Virus record (IMG/VR): IMGVR_UViG_3300008267_009718
Coordinates: 66-64,065 of that record
DNA from: a virus
Lineage: Duplodnaviria; Caudoviricetes
Direction: 5' to 3' (one strand)
DNA: 64,000 nucleotides
A program made the translations under genes and the position numbers. A model generated the notes under the pieces. The model made no database searches. It was not told where the DNA came from and saw only the letters and a program-made list of their open reading frames with translations. Shown piece after piece: positions 19,563-30,300 of the stretch (the first letter of the stretch is position 1; each line of letters opens with the position of its first letter).

Positions 19563-21422
19563 TTAAACTATTTCACAAGCACCTCCCGCACAAGCGACTT
19601 CACCTCTTAAATCAGTATTATCTTGTGATTCAATTACCCTTGTCAAATCAACATCTTTTAAAGTATTAACTAATCTTTCGTAGTCTTCTTTTGTACAATC
19701 CTCAAAAGGTGCCTGTGTATAAGTTCCTCCATTGTATGGTAAAACTGATAATCCGTTATAAAATTTACGGTTTTTCCACATCCATTCACCAACTAATTCC
19801 CACTCATCTTCTTTGATTGAAACTGTCGCGGATACGTTGTGACTATTCTGCCCACTTCTGTGTCCACTTCTTACCCACTCTTGTGATACTTTCTTAACTC
19901 TCTCCAACATTTGGAATACAGATTCATATCGTAGGATTGAACCTTCAGGTGCCATTTGAGGGATAGTAATTACAGCTGTATCGTGAGGACGGAAATATTC
20001 ATCTTCAACCAATTCAGGGTGATTATTTGCAAGATAAGTATATATTGCCTCGTTTTTACCAACACGAATTCTTCTCAAATAGTAATCGTTATGCCAAGCG
20101 TGAATACCTGATGATGTTCCCAAAACCAAAGATGATGTTCCTGAAGGCTTAACGGTTGTTGTTCTTGCCGCTTTATTGATTCCTATGAGGTTTGCAACTC
20201 TTTCGTTTTCTTCTTTTACCGCTTGTGCTGCCGCCTTCATATCATAACCCAATACAACACCTGAACCAATACCTGTCATACCTACACCAATAAGTGCATC
20301 TTTTTCTGTAGTTCTTTTCCATACGTCACGTAGGTAATGGAAGTCCGTGTACCCAGCTTGAAGTGTTCCAATAAATGCAGCACCTCTAACTCGTTTTTCA
20401 AAATCTTCTTGTGAATCGATATCTGAAGCATTTACCTCACACAAGTTACAAAACTGATAAGGACGAAGTCCAATCTCACAACAAGGATTTGTTCCCCAAT
20501 CTTTGTCGTTAGAAAGATAAATACCTGGTTCACCCGCTCCTGATAATTCAATTCGTTTCCACAAATCCATAAAATATTCTTGTGTAACTTTATGACGAAG
20601 AAGAACTGCCGAATTGTTTGCTCTACCTCTTTGTGGATTGTTCTCCCACCAGTTGCCTGACTTACAAGAAATCATTTCATCGTCATCAGCACTGAACAAT
20701 GAGATAAGTGCCGCCCTACGAATACCACCCGCTAATACAGCATCGGCAATAAAACATACGATATCGTGAGTTTCAATTGGTGTTAACTTTTCACCATCAT
20801 TTTTTGCATCCAAAACTTTTGTAATATGATGAATACAATCTTTAAGTGGTTGAGGTCCTGGTGCTTTCCCTCCTGATGTAACAAGTAACGCACCTTTTTG
20901 ACGAATATCAGAAAAATCAAATACCGGTGTTGATGATTTTGATCCCATATAAGATTCAATAAGAACCTTAATTGCATCAGCCCATCCTTCAATTGAATCC
21001 CCGATGAGGTATCTTCTTGTTCTGTTTGGGTTTGGTTTTTTAATTTCAGGTAGTTTATCTACGTGATGTTTTTGTACTGAGAATCCAACTCCTGTTCCAC
21101 CTAACAAAAGAAACATAGTTTCAGCAAACGCATCTGTATGATCGATTGGTAAGTAAGCACAATTGTATACTCTGTTTGGTGAAATCTCAATCGGTTTTCC
21201 ACCGAATTGTAAAGATCTCATTGATGGAAGAATTTTTTTATCATATACCATTTGATATACCTCCTCAATTTCTTTTTTGATTTGTGGGTATTTTTTTTGG
21301 TGCATTTCTTTGTTCCTTGTCACCAATTCCTCCCAAGTTTCCCTTCTTTGTAATTCGGGAATAAATTTAGCGTATTTCATATACACTGTAATATCACTCA
21401 ATATTTTTTGTGAAATTTCCAT
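19563..21422 (-). CDS. nrdJ: Class II (adenosylcobalamin-dependent) ribonucleotide reductase
   Basis: PSMRSL, NCAY, GGTGVGFSV, TNPCCEI, KPSGT motifs and C-terminal redox pair ACAGGACEIV; compact 619 aa with no adjacent beta subunit. Confidence 0.88.
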   Translation of the reverse strand: MEISQKILSDITVYMKYAKFIPELQRRETWEELVTRNKEMHQKKYPQIKKEIEEVYQMVYDKKILPSMRSLQFGGKPIEISPNRVYNCAYLPIDHTDAFAETMFLLLGGTGVGFSVQKHHVDKLPEIKKPNPNRTRRYLIGDSIEGWADAIKVLIESYMGSKSSTPVFDFSDIRQKGALLVTSGGKAPGPQPLKDCIHHITKVLDAKNDGEKLTPIETHDIVCFIADAVLAGGIRRAALISLFSADDDEMISCKSGNWWENNPQRGRANNSAVLLRHKVTQEYFMDLWKRIELSGAGEPGIYLSNDKDWGTNPCCEIGLRPYQFCNLCEVNASDIDSQEDFEKRVRGAAFIGTLQAGYTDFHYLRDVWKRTTEKDALIGVGMTGIGSGVVLGYDMKAAAQAVKEENERVANLIGINKAARTTTVKPSGTSSLVLGTSSGIHAWHNDYYLRRIRVGKNEAIYTYLANNHPELVEDEYFRPHDTAVITIPQMAPEGSILRYESVFQMLERVKKVSQEWVRSGHRSGQNSHNVSATVSIKEDEWELVGEWMWKNRKFYNGLSVLPYNGGTYTQAPFEDCTKEDYERLVNTLKDVDLTRVIESQDNTDLRGEVACAGGACEIV

Positions 21423-21441
21423 TTTTTAAAAGTTTAGATTT

Positions 21442-22824
21442 TTATTCTTGATTATTTTGTTTTTGTTTCCTTTTTTCCATTAACTCTTTGACTCTCATTC
21501 TTTGTCTTTCTTCTTTTTGTTCCTCAACACCTAAAAAAGTCATCGAACTTTCAGTATCTATTTCTAACATTCCATTATCAAACTTACAATTTTCAAACAC
21601 AATACCATCATCACCAATACGTGATTTTGTTATCGCAATTGTGGCTAACTTCATTTCTTTTTGTTGTAAAGTTTTAGCAACTGAAATAATAACGTGTCCT
21701 ACTTGTGCTTTCTTTATAGAACCACCCATTTGATCCGTTGTTACAACTTCAGATGAAATTGAGTTTCTATTACCTTGTGTTGCCGTCCATCCTACAATGT
21801 TAAGTTCGTGACACATTGCCTCAAAACCTCTCATAACAGAACCTTCACTTTTCCATTCATCACCTAAATTTTTGTCAGGTACAACACAATCAATATAGTC
21901 TAACAAAATCATATCTATTTTTGTTCCATCCGCAATCATTTTTCTGACTTGGTTTTTAATCTGTAACATTGTAACAGTATCAGATGGTAACTTTTTTAGA
22001 ATCAATTTGTTACTCATTGTTTCCTCAATTTCTTTAACTTTACGTATAACCTCATCCTTTTTTTCTGACAATAAGTCAGGATGAATTTTTGTCCAAAGGG
22101 TAAAGTGCTTTCTTTGAATAATCTTTTGGTTATCTTCAAAGAATATTTGAAGGACATTATTTCCCATATTGAAAGCGTGATTTGCTATCTTGGTTAATAG
22201 TGTTGATTTTCCTACACCAGTGGGTGCTAAAACAACACCAATTTCACCTTTAGCCAAACCACCTTTTAACAGTCTATCAATACCTGGTATTCCCATTGGT
22301 ATTGGGTGTCGATAATCGTCATCTAATACTTGATCTAAGTTACTAAAAACATTAAGAGTAGTTGTGTCTTTCTCTCCAACTTGGATGGCTCCTCGGAACA
22401 TTTCTTCTATGGTATCATAGTTTTCAAATTCACCACTGTCAATGATTTTTTGAGCCTTTCCCATAACTTTAACAACCTCTTGTTGTTTACAAAATTTAAG
22501 AGCCTTTTCTTGTACAAAATCAGCTCCATCAATAGAACTATCCTTGATTTTTGTAATCATATCTAAAACCACTTTTGATGCTGTGGTTTGTTGTAACTCC
22601 GATTTTGTAACTTGTTCTAAAGTATCAAATGATGGTGTGTGATTATACTTCTTATAATACTCTTTAATCATTTGTATAATAATTTTAAAGTACTTGTTTT
22701 CGAAGTAACTTGGTTCAATAACATCAATTATTGAGTGTGAAAAATCTTTGTCTAAAATAATTTGATTTAGTAATTGTATCTGAAAATTATTACCTAAATA
22801 TTCGAAATTTTTGTTAGTCGCCAT
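21442..22824 (-). CDS. dnaB: Replicative DNA helicase (DnaB / T4 gp41-like)
   Basis: Walker A APTGVGKS, ILLDYID, WTATQGNR, KSRIG motifs. Confidence 0.9.
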   Translation of the reverse strand: MATNKNFEYLGNNFQIQLLNQIILDKDFSHSIIDVIEPSYFENKYFKIIIQMIKEYYKKYNHTPSFDTLEQVTKSELQQTTASKVVLDMITKIKDSSIDGADFVQEKALKFCKQQEVVKVMGKAQKIIDSGEFENYDTIEEMFRGAIQVGEKDTTTLNVFSNLDQVLDDDYRHPIPMGIPGIDRLLKGGLAKGEIGVVLAPTGVGKSTLLTKIANHAFNMGNNVLQIFFEDNQKIIQRKHFTLWTKIHPDLLSEKKDEVIRKVKEIEETMSNKLILKKLPSDTVTMLQIKNQVRKMIADGTKIDMILLDYIDCVVPDKNLGDEWKSEGSVMRGFEAMCHELNIVGWTATQGNRNSISSEVVTTDQMGGSIKKAQVGHVIISVAKTLQQKEMKLATIAITKSRIGDDGIVFENCKFDNGMLEIDTESSMTFLGVEEQKEERQRMRVKELMEKRKQKQNNQE

Positions 22825-22859
22825 AGTCTTTTTAAATCAGTTTGTAAAAATAAATAGTG

Positions 22860-23309
22860 TCAAACTAGACTAAATCCAGCGTATTTGAAATTAAATTTTT
22901 TACCTGAAAAAATGTCAGTCAAATCAGATAATATACCTTTTAACTGTGGTCGTAGATCCACGGTATATCTTACCTTTGGAGGGTAAACTTTTGCGTCGAA
23001 AATTGTATGACAAATTGTCATATCTCCGATTTTAATAATCAAGTGAAAATGTTCTTCACCATCAGTATATGATGTGTTTAAAACTTCAGGATTTTCCTGA
23101 ATCTCATACTGATTGTCCATCATATAAATGACAGTTCTCATTTTCAAATCTTTTTGAATTTTCTTACACAAAGTGCTAAGATACTCATATAAATCCAAAG
23201 AATTTCTAGAATTTGGGTTAAACCCTCTTACATTGAAAAACCTTTGTACTACAATGTTTTCGTTACACTTCAAAAGAAATTCTACTTTTGTGAAATCTAA
23301 ATCTTTCAT
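22860..23309 (-). CDS. Hypothetical protein in the replication module
   Basis: 149-aa ORF overlapping the exonuclease stop (ATGA). Confidence 0.6.
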   Translation of the reverse strand: MKDLDFTKVEFLLKCNENIVVQRFFNVRGFNPNSRNSLDLYEYLSTLCKKIQKDLKMRTVIYMMDNQYEIQENPEVLNTSYTDGEEHFHLIIKIGDMTICHTIFDAKVYPPKVRYTVDLRPQLKGILSDLTDIFSGKKFNFKYAGFSLV

Positions 23310-24328
23310 AGGTTTGTTTTTTTCTTTTTGTTTCTAAAATTTGTTTTTTCTTTTCTCGACAGTTTTAAAAATGGTTTTAAAAAATTTACCCAAGCTTCAT
23401 CCCCTTTTGGTAAAAATTTAAAAAATCCGTCTTCCATCATCATTCTAATTAAGTTTCGATGTCCTCTTCCGTCAGGATCCATTGACTCTGAGTAATACAT
23501 CTTAACTAATTCTTTTCCTTCTTCTGAAATTAGTGGTTCTGATAAATCAACTAACTTCTTATTAATGATAAAAAACTCTTCTCCAAAAATTCCCTCCTTG
23601 GTTTTACCACTGAGTAGATTTTTTAAAACAACATTGTCTTTCTGTTCTTTTAATAATTGTTCACCTTTTGATAAAATATCGTTAAATGAAAGTTCTTTTT
23701 CAAGGATTTCAGGAAAAAGTTTTATAAATGTTTTTTCTCCCAAATAATAAATCCCATCAATGTTGTCTGAACTATCACCAGTAATTATTTTATAAGTTTT
23801 TACATTATAATGCGGAATCTCAACATCATATAGTTTGATATTGTCTCCATTTTTATAATATTTTTTTTGTTGTGGTGAATATATTTTAACTTTTTCTGAA
23901 ATAAGTTGTGTTAAATCTCTATCAGATGAAAATATTGTTTTTTCCTCGTCTTCTGATATTTGACAATAATATGCAATTAAATCATCCGCCTCTGAGTTTG
24001 AGACTTCAATTTGTCTAACAAACATTTCTTCGAGATATTGTTTAACTCTGATTTTTTGATTCGAGAAAGACTCTTCTTTGAATTCATTCTCGGATGTTTT
24101 TCTATTGAGTTTGTATTTGGGATAGAGTAATCTTCTTTGTGAAGAATTAGTCTCACTATCCCAAAATACAACAACCTTGTTAAAGTTGGTTTCTTCTAAA
24201 AATCTTCTTAACGTGTTTAGGAAATGCCACGTACCACCAACGTGTTCTCCCTTATGGAAAAAATCCCTAACTCCGTGAAATCCAATTTTTAATAAGTTGT
24301 TTCCGTCAACTAATAATGTTTTAGTCAT
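23306..24328 (-). CDS. 5'-3' exonuclease / flap endonuclease (T4 RNase H, PolI N-terminal-like)
   Basis: LLVDGNN, YPKYKLNR, EADDLIA, SSDRDLTQL, GDSSDNIDGI motifs. Confidence 0.92.
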   Translation of the reverse strand: MTKTLLVDGNNLLKIGFHGVRDFFHKGEHVGGTWHFLNTLRRFLEETNFNKVVVFWDSETNSSQRRLLYPKYKLNRKTSENEFKEESFSNQKIRVKQYLEEMFVRQIEVSNSEADDLIAYYCQISEDEEKTIFSSDRDLTQLISEKVKIYSPQQKKYYKNGDNIKLYDVEIPHYNVKTYKIITGDSSDNIDGIYYLGEKTFIKLFPEILEKELSFNDILSKGEQLLKEQKDNVVLKNLLSGKTKEGIFGEEFFIINKKLVDLSEPLISEEGKELVKMYYSESMDPDGRGHRNLIRMMMEDGFFKFLPKGDEAWVNFLKPFLKLSRKEKTNFRNKKKKTNL

Positions 24329-24348
24329 TTGACTAATTTAAATGGTTC

Positions 24349-25356
24349 TTACTCTACTTCTTCTTTTTCTGTTTTCAAATCAAAATCACCTTCAACACCA
24401 ATAATTGTTTTCCAATAATCGGCATATTCTTTTTTGTAATTTTCAATCGATGCTTTTTCTTCTGTTGTATCTTTGCCAGGTAAAAATCCGTGTGGTGTTA
24501 CAATAATTTTACCATCTTCAAAACCAAGTCCGTTAATGTGGTTTTTCATAACAGATACTTTTGTTCTTGATGCAAACTTTACGGTTCTTTTATCTTTAGT
24601 AGCAGTAATCTTTGTTGTTCCTGCACCTTTCTGATTTCCAAACAAGAAAACCAATGATGAGTTTAACCATATTGCTTCACCACCTTTCGCTTTAATTTTT
24701 GGTTGTCCAAAAGGATTGTCAGGTAATTCAACCCAAGGTTGATTAACAATGATTAAAGTGTTTTCGTATTTAGAATCAGACTTACGTGAACCTGAAATTC
24801 TTTGGTTAATCCCCATACCAATCTTATCGGCTAAAACACTTGCATTATGTTGTTTACCACCCTTACCTTCATAAGTCATCTTACAAGGAACAGATCCTAC
24901 TGAATCCCACATAATACATAACGAATAATCCAATTCACCCTTTTCTTGAGCATCTAACAAACTATTAATATAATCTGTAATTTGTTCTATATAATCAAAG
25001 TTATTATTGAATATATAAAAACCGTCCCATTCTAATTCACCAGTTTCTTCATCAACAACTTCTTCACATTCAAAACCCATAAGTTTTGCGTGTTCAAAAC
25101 TCCATTTTTGTTCCGTAATAATAAACACAGGAAGGATTCCTTTCTTTTGTGAGTCTACTGCAGTTTTAACCAAAGCAGTTGTCTTACCCGTATCTGAGTG
25201 TCCCAAAAACATATTAATGTGTCCCATTGCAGGACCTGGTAAACCTACCGCATCTAAAAATGGTTGTCCTAAATCAAAAAATCTTTGTGGTTTGTATTTT
25301 GCTGAAGTAGAAAATTTCTTCTTCAGTGAACTAAAATCATTTTTCTTAATTGCCAT
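24349..25356 (-). CDS. recA: RecA/UvsX-like recombinase
   Basis: Walker A GHSDTGKT, WDSVGS, IIVNQ, KAKGGEA motifs. Confidence 0.88.
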   Translation of the reverse strand: MAIKKNDFSSLKKKFSTSAKYKPQRFFDLGQPFLDAVGLPGPAMGHINMFLGHSDTGKTTALVKTAVDSQKKGILPVFIITEQKWSFEHAKLMGFECEEVVDEETGELEWDGFYIFNNNFDYIEQITDYINSLLDAQEKGELDYSLCIMWDSVGSVPCKMTYEGKGGKQHNASVLADKIGMGINQRISGSRKSDSKYENTLIIVNQPWVELPDNPFGQPKIKAKGGEAIWLNSSLVFLFGNQKGAGTTKITATKDKRTVKFASRTKVSVMKNHINGLGFEDGKIIVTPHGFLPGKDTTEEKASIENYKKEYADYWKTIIGVEGDFDLKTEKEEVE

Positions 25357-25376
25357 AATTTTTTATTAAAAAATAG

Positions 25377-25409
25377 AAAAAAACACCGACATTGTAAATC
25401 GGTGTTTTT
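25377..25409. terminator. Bidirectional intrinsic terminator between SSB and recA
   Basis: AAAAACACCGA-loop-TCGGTGTTTTT inverted repeat with A/T tracts on both sides. Confidence 0.7.
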
Positions 25410-25422
25410 GTGTTTGTGAATA

Positions 25423-26286
25423 TTAAAATGGTAACTCTTCGTCGATGTCGTCATTAGCTTGTGGATCGGCAACTTTTGAATTGTCCTTTTTGTTCCCACC
25501 AATAGTAGTTTCAGCAGTCTCTTCGTTAGCATAAACATAACCTTTCTTGTCTGAATCCCATTTAGGTGTTTCTCCTCTAGAAATTGCTTCTAAATATTCT
25601 ACGGGTTTTTTGGAGTAAACGTCTTCCCAAGTCAATTCGTCACTTAACCAACTTTCCATTGTTTCTTCATCCTCGTGTAATGGTGCAGGATCATCATACA
25701 TAACTGTTTGAATTACGGTATACGTAATACCAGCATTAGTTTTAGCTTTAGTTAATTCAAGAATCAAATCTCTTCCTTTATCAGAATCAGTGATATCTCC
25801 TTTTGCCTTCCAAATTGGAATAATCTTGTCAAGGATTCCTTCTTGTTTGTAATTGTGCTTGAATCTCCAAAACTTAACTCCGTCTTGTTCATTGTCACGA
25901 TCGATAACTTTAACAATGTAAAATTTACGAGCTTTGTATTGTTTTGCAATTTCCTTATCGGAATCTTTACCTGTTGACATTAAATCCTCGTAAACCTCAT
26001 TTAATGGTGATCGTTCATTGTCATTTTTTCCTGGATCGTAAAGTTTAACCCATTTACCATCAATTTTAACTTCGTGGAACCATACCTCTTTAAATGGTGA
26101 ACTTCCATCATTTGTTGGTAAAATACGGACTCTTTTTTGTCCTTGTTTTTCACTGTCTTTAAGAATTGCAGCAAAATATTTTTTCATTCTCTCATCTTGT
26201 GTCATTTTTGAGGTAGAAGATGAACTACCTTGTTTTGAGCTCTCATACTGTGCCAAAACCGCATCTAAAACATTGTTTGTCGCCAT
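25423..26286 (-). CDS. Single-stranded DNA-binding protein (T4 gp32-like)
   Basis: RVRILP...PFKEVWFH, KFYIVKVIDRD, GRDLILE and acidic tail DDIDEELPF; next to recA. Confidence 0.8.
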   Translation of the reverse strand: MATNNVLDAVLAQYESSKQGSSSSTSKMTQDERMKKYFAAILKDSEKQGQKRVRILPTNDGSSPFKEVWFHEVKIDGKWVKLYDPGKNDNERSPLNEVYEDLMSTGKDSDKEIAKQYKARKFYIVKVIDRDNEQDGVKFWRFKHNYKQEGILDKIIPIWKAKGDITDSDKGRDLILELTKAKTNAGITYTVIQTVMYDDPAPLHEDEETMESWLSDELTWEDVYSKKPVEYLEAISRGETPKWDSDKKGYVYANEETAETTIGGNKKDNSKVADPQANDDIDEELPF

Positions 26287-26317
26287 ATATTTGTGTTATT
26301 AAAAGTTTACAAGTTAA

Positions 26318-26346
26318 AATATAATACATAAAAGTGTCGCAGTCAA
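26318..26346 (-). promoter_or_regulatory. Sigma70-like promoter for the SSB-recA-exonuclease-helicase-nrdJ cluster
   Basis: Minus strand TTGACT-N17-TATATT about 30 nt upstream of the SSB start. Confidence 0.55.
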
Positions 26347-26359
26347 TAAAGTATTAAAA

Positions 26360-26390
26360 ATTTTGAAAGGGACAATAATGTCCCTCCCAA
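26360..26390 (-). terminator. Putative intrinsic terminator after the 224-aa gene
   Basis: GGGACA-TTAT-TGTCCC hairpin followed by TTTCAAAATTTT. Confidence 0.5.
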
Positions 26391-26391
26391 A

Positions 26392-27066
26392 TTAAGGCAT
26401 CATATCTTCTTCATCATCATAAGAATCAAAAGTATCTTTTATTTCTTTTGGTGAGAAATCTTCAACCTCATCTTTTGTTAAGATGTATTCTTCTCTACCT
26501 GTTTTTTCAAAGTCACTTTCTTTATCTGTAAAATAATCACTTAATTTTTGATTAAATGGTCCAGAATCTAAACTCCTAAGTTCTAATTTTTCTTCGGGTG
26601 TTTTAGGTCTGAATTTTTCTACTTTTTGTTCTAAAGAATTAACCATATTAACTAATTTATCCATTTCAGAAAGTTTTGTTTCTAAAGTCTCTAACTGTTT
26701 GAATAAATTATTAAAATACTCTTCTTGTTTTGTTTCTATATTTTTTTGAGCGTTTACCAAATCAGTGATTTCCATTTCTTCTCCTCCCTCATCTTTTACT
26801 TCCTCAACATCAGGATCTTGTGAAACATCAATCGGTTCAGGTGTTGCACTTGCATCAGGTGCTGCAGGTGGTGGGGGTAATGTACCTCCAGGCGCTGCAG
26901 GGTCTGTTGGTGCAGGTGCTGCTCCCGCTTCAGGAGCTCCTGGTGCAGGTGGAGGTGGTACAACAGCAGGTGGGGCAAGGTCTTCAGGTGCTTCCTGTTC
27001 CGTTATATACTTATTAATAAATTTATATCTATTAATTTCTTCTAAAATTTTTTTATCTATTTTCAT
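26392..27066 (-). CDS. Pro/Ala-rich, acidic, coiled-coil protein (possible head/scaffold-associated)
   Basis: PPAVVPPPPAPGAPEAG low-complexity tract, heptad coiled coil, ILEE/ITEQ leader. Confidence 0.6.
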   Translation of the reverse strand: MKIDKKILEEINRYKFINKYITEQEAPEDLAPPAVVPPPPAPGAPEAGAAPAPTDPAAPGGTLPPPPAAPDASATPEPIDVSQDPDVEEVKDEGGEEMEITDLVNAQKNIETKQEEYFNNLFKQLETLETKLSEMDKLVNMVNSLEQKVEKFRPKTPEEKLELRSLDSGPFNQKLSDYFTDKESDFEKTGREEYILTKDEVEDFSPKEIKDTFDSYDDEEDMMP

Positions 27067-27068
27067 TT

Positions 27069-27296
27069 TTACCCGTTCAATAATTGTTTTATACCAGTTT
27101 TGGTTTCGACTTGGATTTTTTTATTGGTATTCATAGTATTATCTACTCTTTCTATGAGACCGTCTTTCATTCTAATAGTATAACAATCTCCGGTATCTAA
27201 GTCACAAACTTCTTTATAACCATTCCCCTTATCTTTCTCTGTAACTCTTGTATTTTTTCCCAAGTAGTTATCCAAAATTAGTTTAGTATTACTCAT
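27069..27296 (-). CDS. Hypothetical protein (75 aa, CDLDTGDC)
   Basis: ORF with TATTTAT upstream, coupled to the next gene. Confidence 0.6.
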   Translation of the reverse strand: MSNTKLILDNYLGKNTRVTEKDKGNGYKEVCDLDTGDCYTIRMKDGLIERVDNTMNTNKKIQVETKTGIKQLLNG

Positions 27297-27335
27297 ATCT
27301 TTTTTTATTTATAAATATACCAAACTATTAAAAAA

Positions 27336-30300
27336 TTACAATTTAGGACTAATCGAAATTGTTTGAGTAACTTGAGGTCTTGTTGTATCTGTTGTTATTC
27401 CGTCATCAAGTACTGGTATTGCTTTAACTGTAAATGATATAGAATATTGTCCGTTTACTGATGGACATCCAATAGCACTCAATAAGTTTGTATTATCCAT
27501 AAAGAACACTTGTTTATTAGGTGAAATAAATGTACTAACATTTATAAATGTGTTTGTAACTCCGGTACATTCAACAGGTTTTTGAGTAAACATAATTTCA
27601 ACCTTATCTAAATTCCAATTACCTTGATCAGGATAAAAATTAATTTCAACATTATTTAAATTGTTACTAGTCCAATTAAAATTATAATCAATAGGTCTCG
27701 GTGGAGTTTCTTCAGAAGGTGATATATTAAATCTATTCATTGCAACAAAATCAACATAAGACTTTTCAAATAGTTTTTCTAACTGATTTTTTTTGTCCTC
27801 AATTAGAATATCAAATAAATTTGAATTTTCAGTTGTTGGGTAATTATTCATATAAAATTTAGCAAAAGCCTTACCGTATTTAACCGAATCTTGGACATTT
27901 TTTCCTTCTTTTGCAGCATATTGTTTAAACAATTCTATCTGTGTACCATATTTTGCAATCATAAAATTTATAAAAGAATCTATGGTAGGGAAAACCGCAA
28001 ATGGCACATTTTTTGCCGTACAAAAATATTTTGGTGAAAAATATGTAATCGAATCTCCATAATTTAAATTCAAAGTTATTAACCCATAATTATTCCCAAA
28101 GGTTACAAGTTCATCTTCACCTTTTGTAGTGACTTTCATAATACCATAAATGAACGTACCAAGAATTTTTTGATTTTCACCATCCGATACCGATTCTTTT
28201 ACTAATTTTAAAATCAAATTAACCGCATCTTTATTATTAATTGTATTTTTTTCTGGTGTGTCCCAATAAGTAAATAAGTCAATATAAGATGGGTTCATAT
28301 TAACCGCACAGGAAATACTTTGTGTTGCAACATTTGTCACTTTACTAATATCATCCATTTTATTTGCCATCTGCGTCAAAACATTCAACGATTCTGCCTT
28401 AAGTTCATTATCTTTTTGTTTAATCTGTTCTTTTATTTTTTGGAGTATTGTTGTACTTATTGACTGTATAAAACTATCTATCTTTGGTATACTATAAAAT
28501 GGTTGTCTTTGTCCTTCAAATGTCGTATCAAATCCGTTTTCAGAAATTCTATGTTCTATTTTTGTAATCATATAAGGACCACTGAATAATGGTACATTTC
28601 TTAAATTAAAATACATCATTGGTTGTATTAATGCATTCCCCATCATATCTACACTACATTTGTAACTTCTATTTTTGTATAAATTATAAAGGGAAACACT
28701 TTGTGAATAACTACCTCTGTTTCTATCCAAATTTGCCATTTGATTTAATACTTCCAAAGACTCTGTTGTTGGTTTTCCCGGATCTTGTGATATATCAAGT
28801 TGTTTAAAAATTTGTTGGTTTTGTGGACCAATATCAACATTAAAACCAACAACTTTATTTGATGTACTCCAATCGGTTTTATTTTCTTGATTTTCTAATA
28901 ACGGGTTGTCTGTAGCTCTCCTTAAATCAAATGCATCATCCCTATAACGATAATCAACATTATCATTCATTGCCAAGTATTGACTATCAACATTACCATA
29001 TAAACAAACAAATTTTGATGCCGTTTCTCTATAATCAACATTTAAAAATGTACCAAATAATGTATTTGCAAATTCCAAAGATCCTTCTGTTCTTGGGGTT
29101 AAATTTTTTCCAACGTCTCTAACATTATAAAAATTTGCAAATGCAGGCACTATAAAATTAACAAAATTATTTTCTACTAAAACTGTTTGAACAATATCTA
29201 ACAAATTTAAATTTGAATTAGCATTATCAATAAGTTCCTTCAATTTAAACACATCAACATATATTTGTTGTCCTATATCCCTACTTGCTCTATCCATAAG
29301 TAATATATCCTCAAAAAGAGTTTTCGATTTGAAATCAGTTCCTGAAATCCAAGTGTCGTTCATAGATTTAAACAGATCATAAAGTTCATATCTCGTTTGT
29401 TCACCTTCTAATTTAGCTCTGACTTTAGTGTCGGATTGAATCACATTGACACTAGGTAGTTCTTTTCTTAATCTTGTGAGTTCTAAATCTAATAGGGTAT
29501 TAATGTATGTGTTATTTTTTACAATATAATCGTCTATCAACTCTCTGAATGTATTAGAATCCAAATTTGGATTTTCTAACTTCTGTGTTGCATATATTTT
29601 AATTAATGGTGATAAGGTTTTGATTGAATTCTCAGTAAACTCTATGTTCATGTCCAAGAAAAAATCTGTTATATACGATCCATTATCACTATAAACTAAT
29701 TGTGGTATTTCTGAAAATCCAACATATGTTTTTAAAGCTTTCCAAGTTTCAGGATTTTGTGTTTGTGATTGTGCTAGTGTTATAGACCCACCCGCAAAAG
29801 GAAGACTATTTGGTGAACCACTATTGTATCCTTGAAAACTTATCGGATCGAAAAATACTTGATTTGAATATGAATAAAATAATTGTCTATCAAAATTAGA
29901 TGGGTTACCATAAACCATACTAACTTTATATTCCATAAATTGATTTAAGTATTGTTCAAAGTTTTTAACTTGAGCTTCTTGTATTTCAGTTATAACAACG
30001 GTTGAGTTATCCGTATTTTGTGGTTTTGGTATTTTCATCATTTGTCTCATTAATGATTGAAAATTCCCGTTAGTTGTGTTTGTTTGTGTAGTATCTCCAA
30101 CAATTGTTGGTTTTATATTACTTGTAAAATCATAAAATGATTTACTAAAATTAAGAAACTCTGTTTCCATTAAATCCAAAATATCTTTTTCAAATGTTGT
30201 AAATATTTCACTTATTTTGGAGTATTCTGTTGATGTTTGGTTTATTGAGAAATTTTCTTGTACCGACTGTTTGTTGAATACTTTTTTCATATAACTGTCG

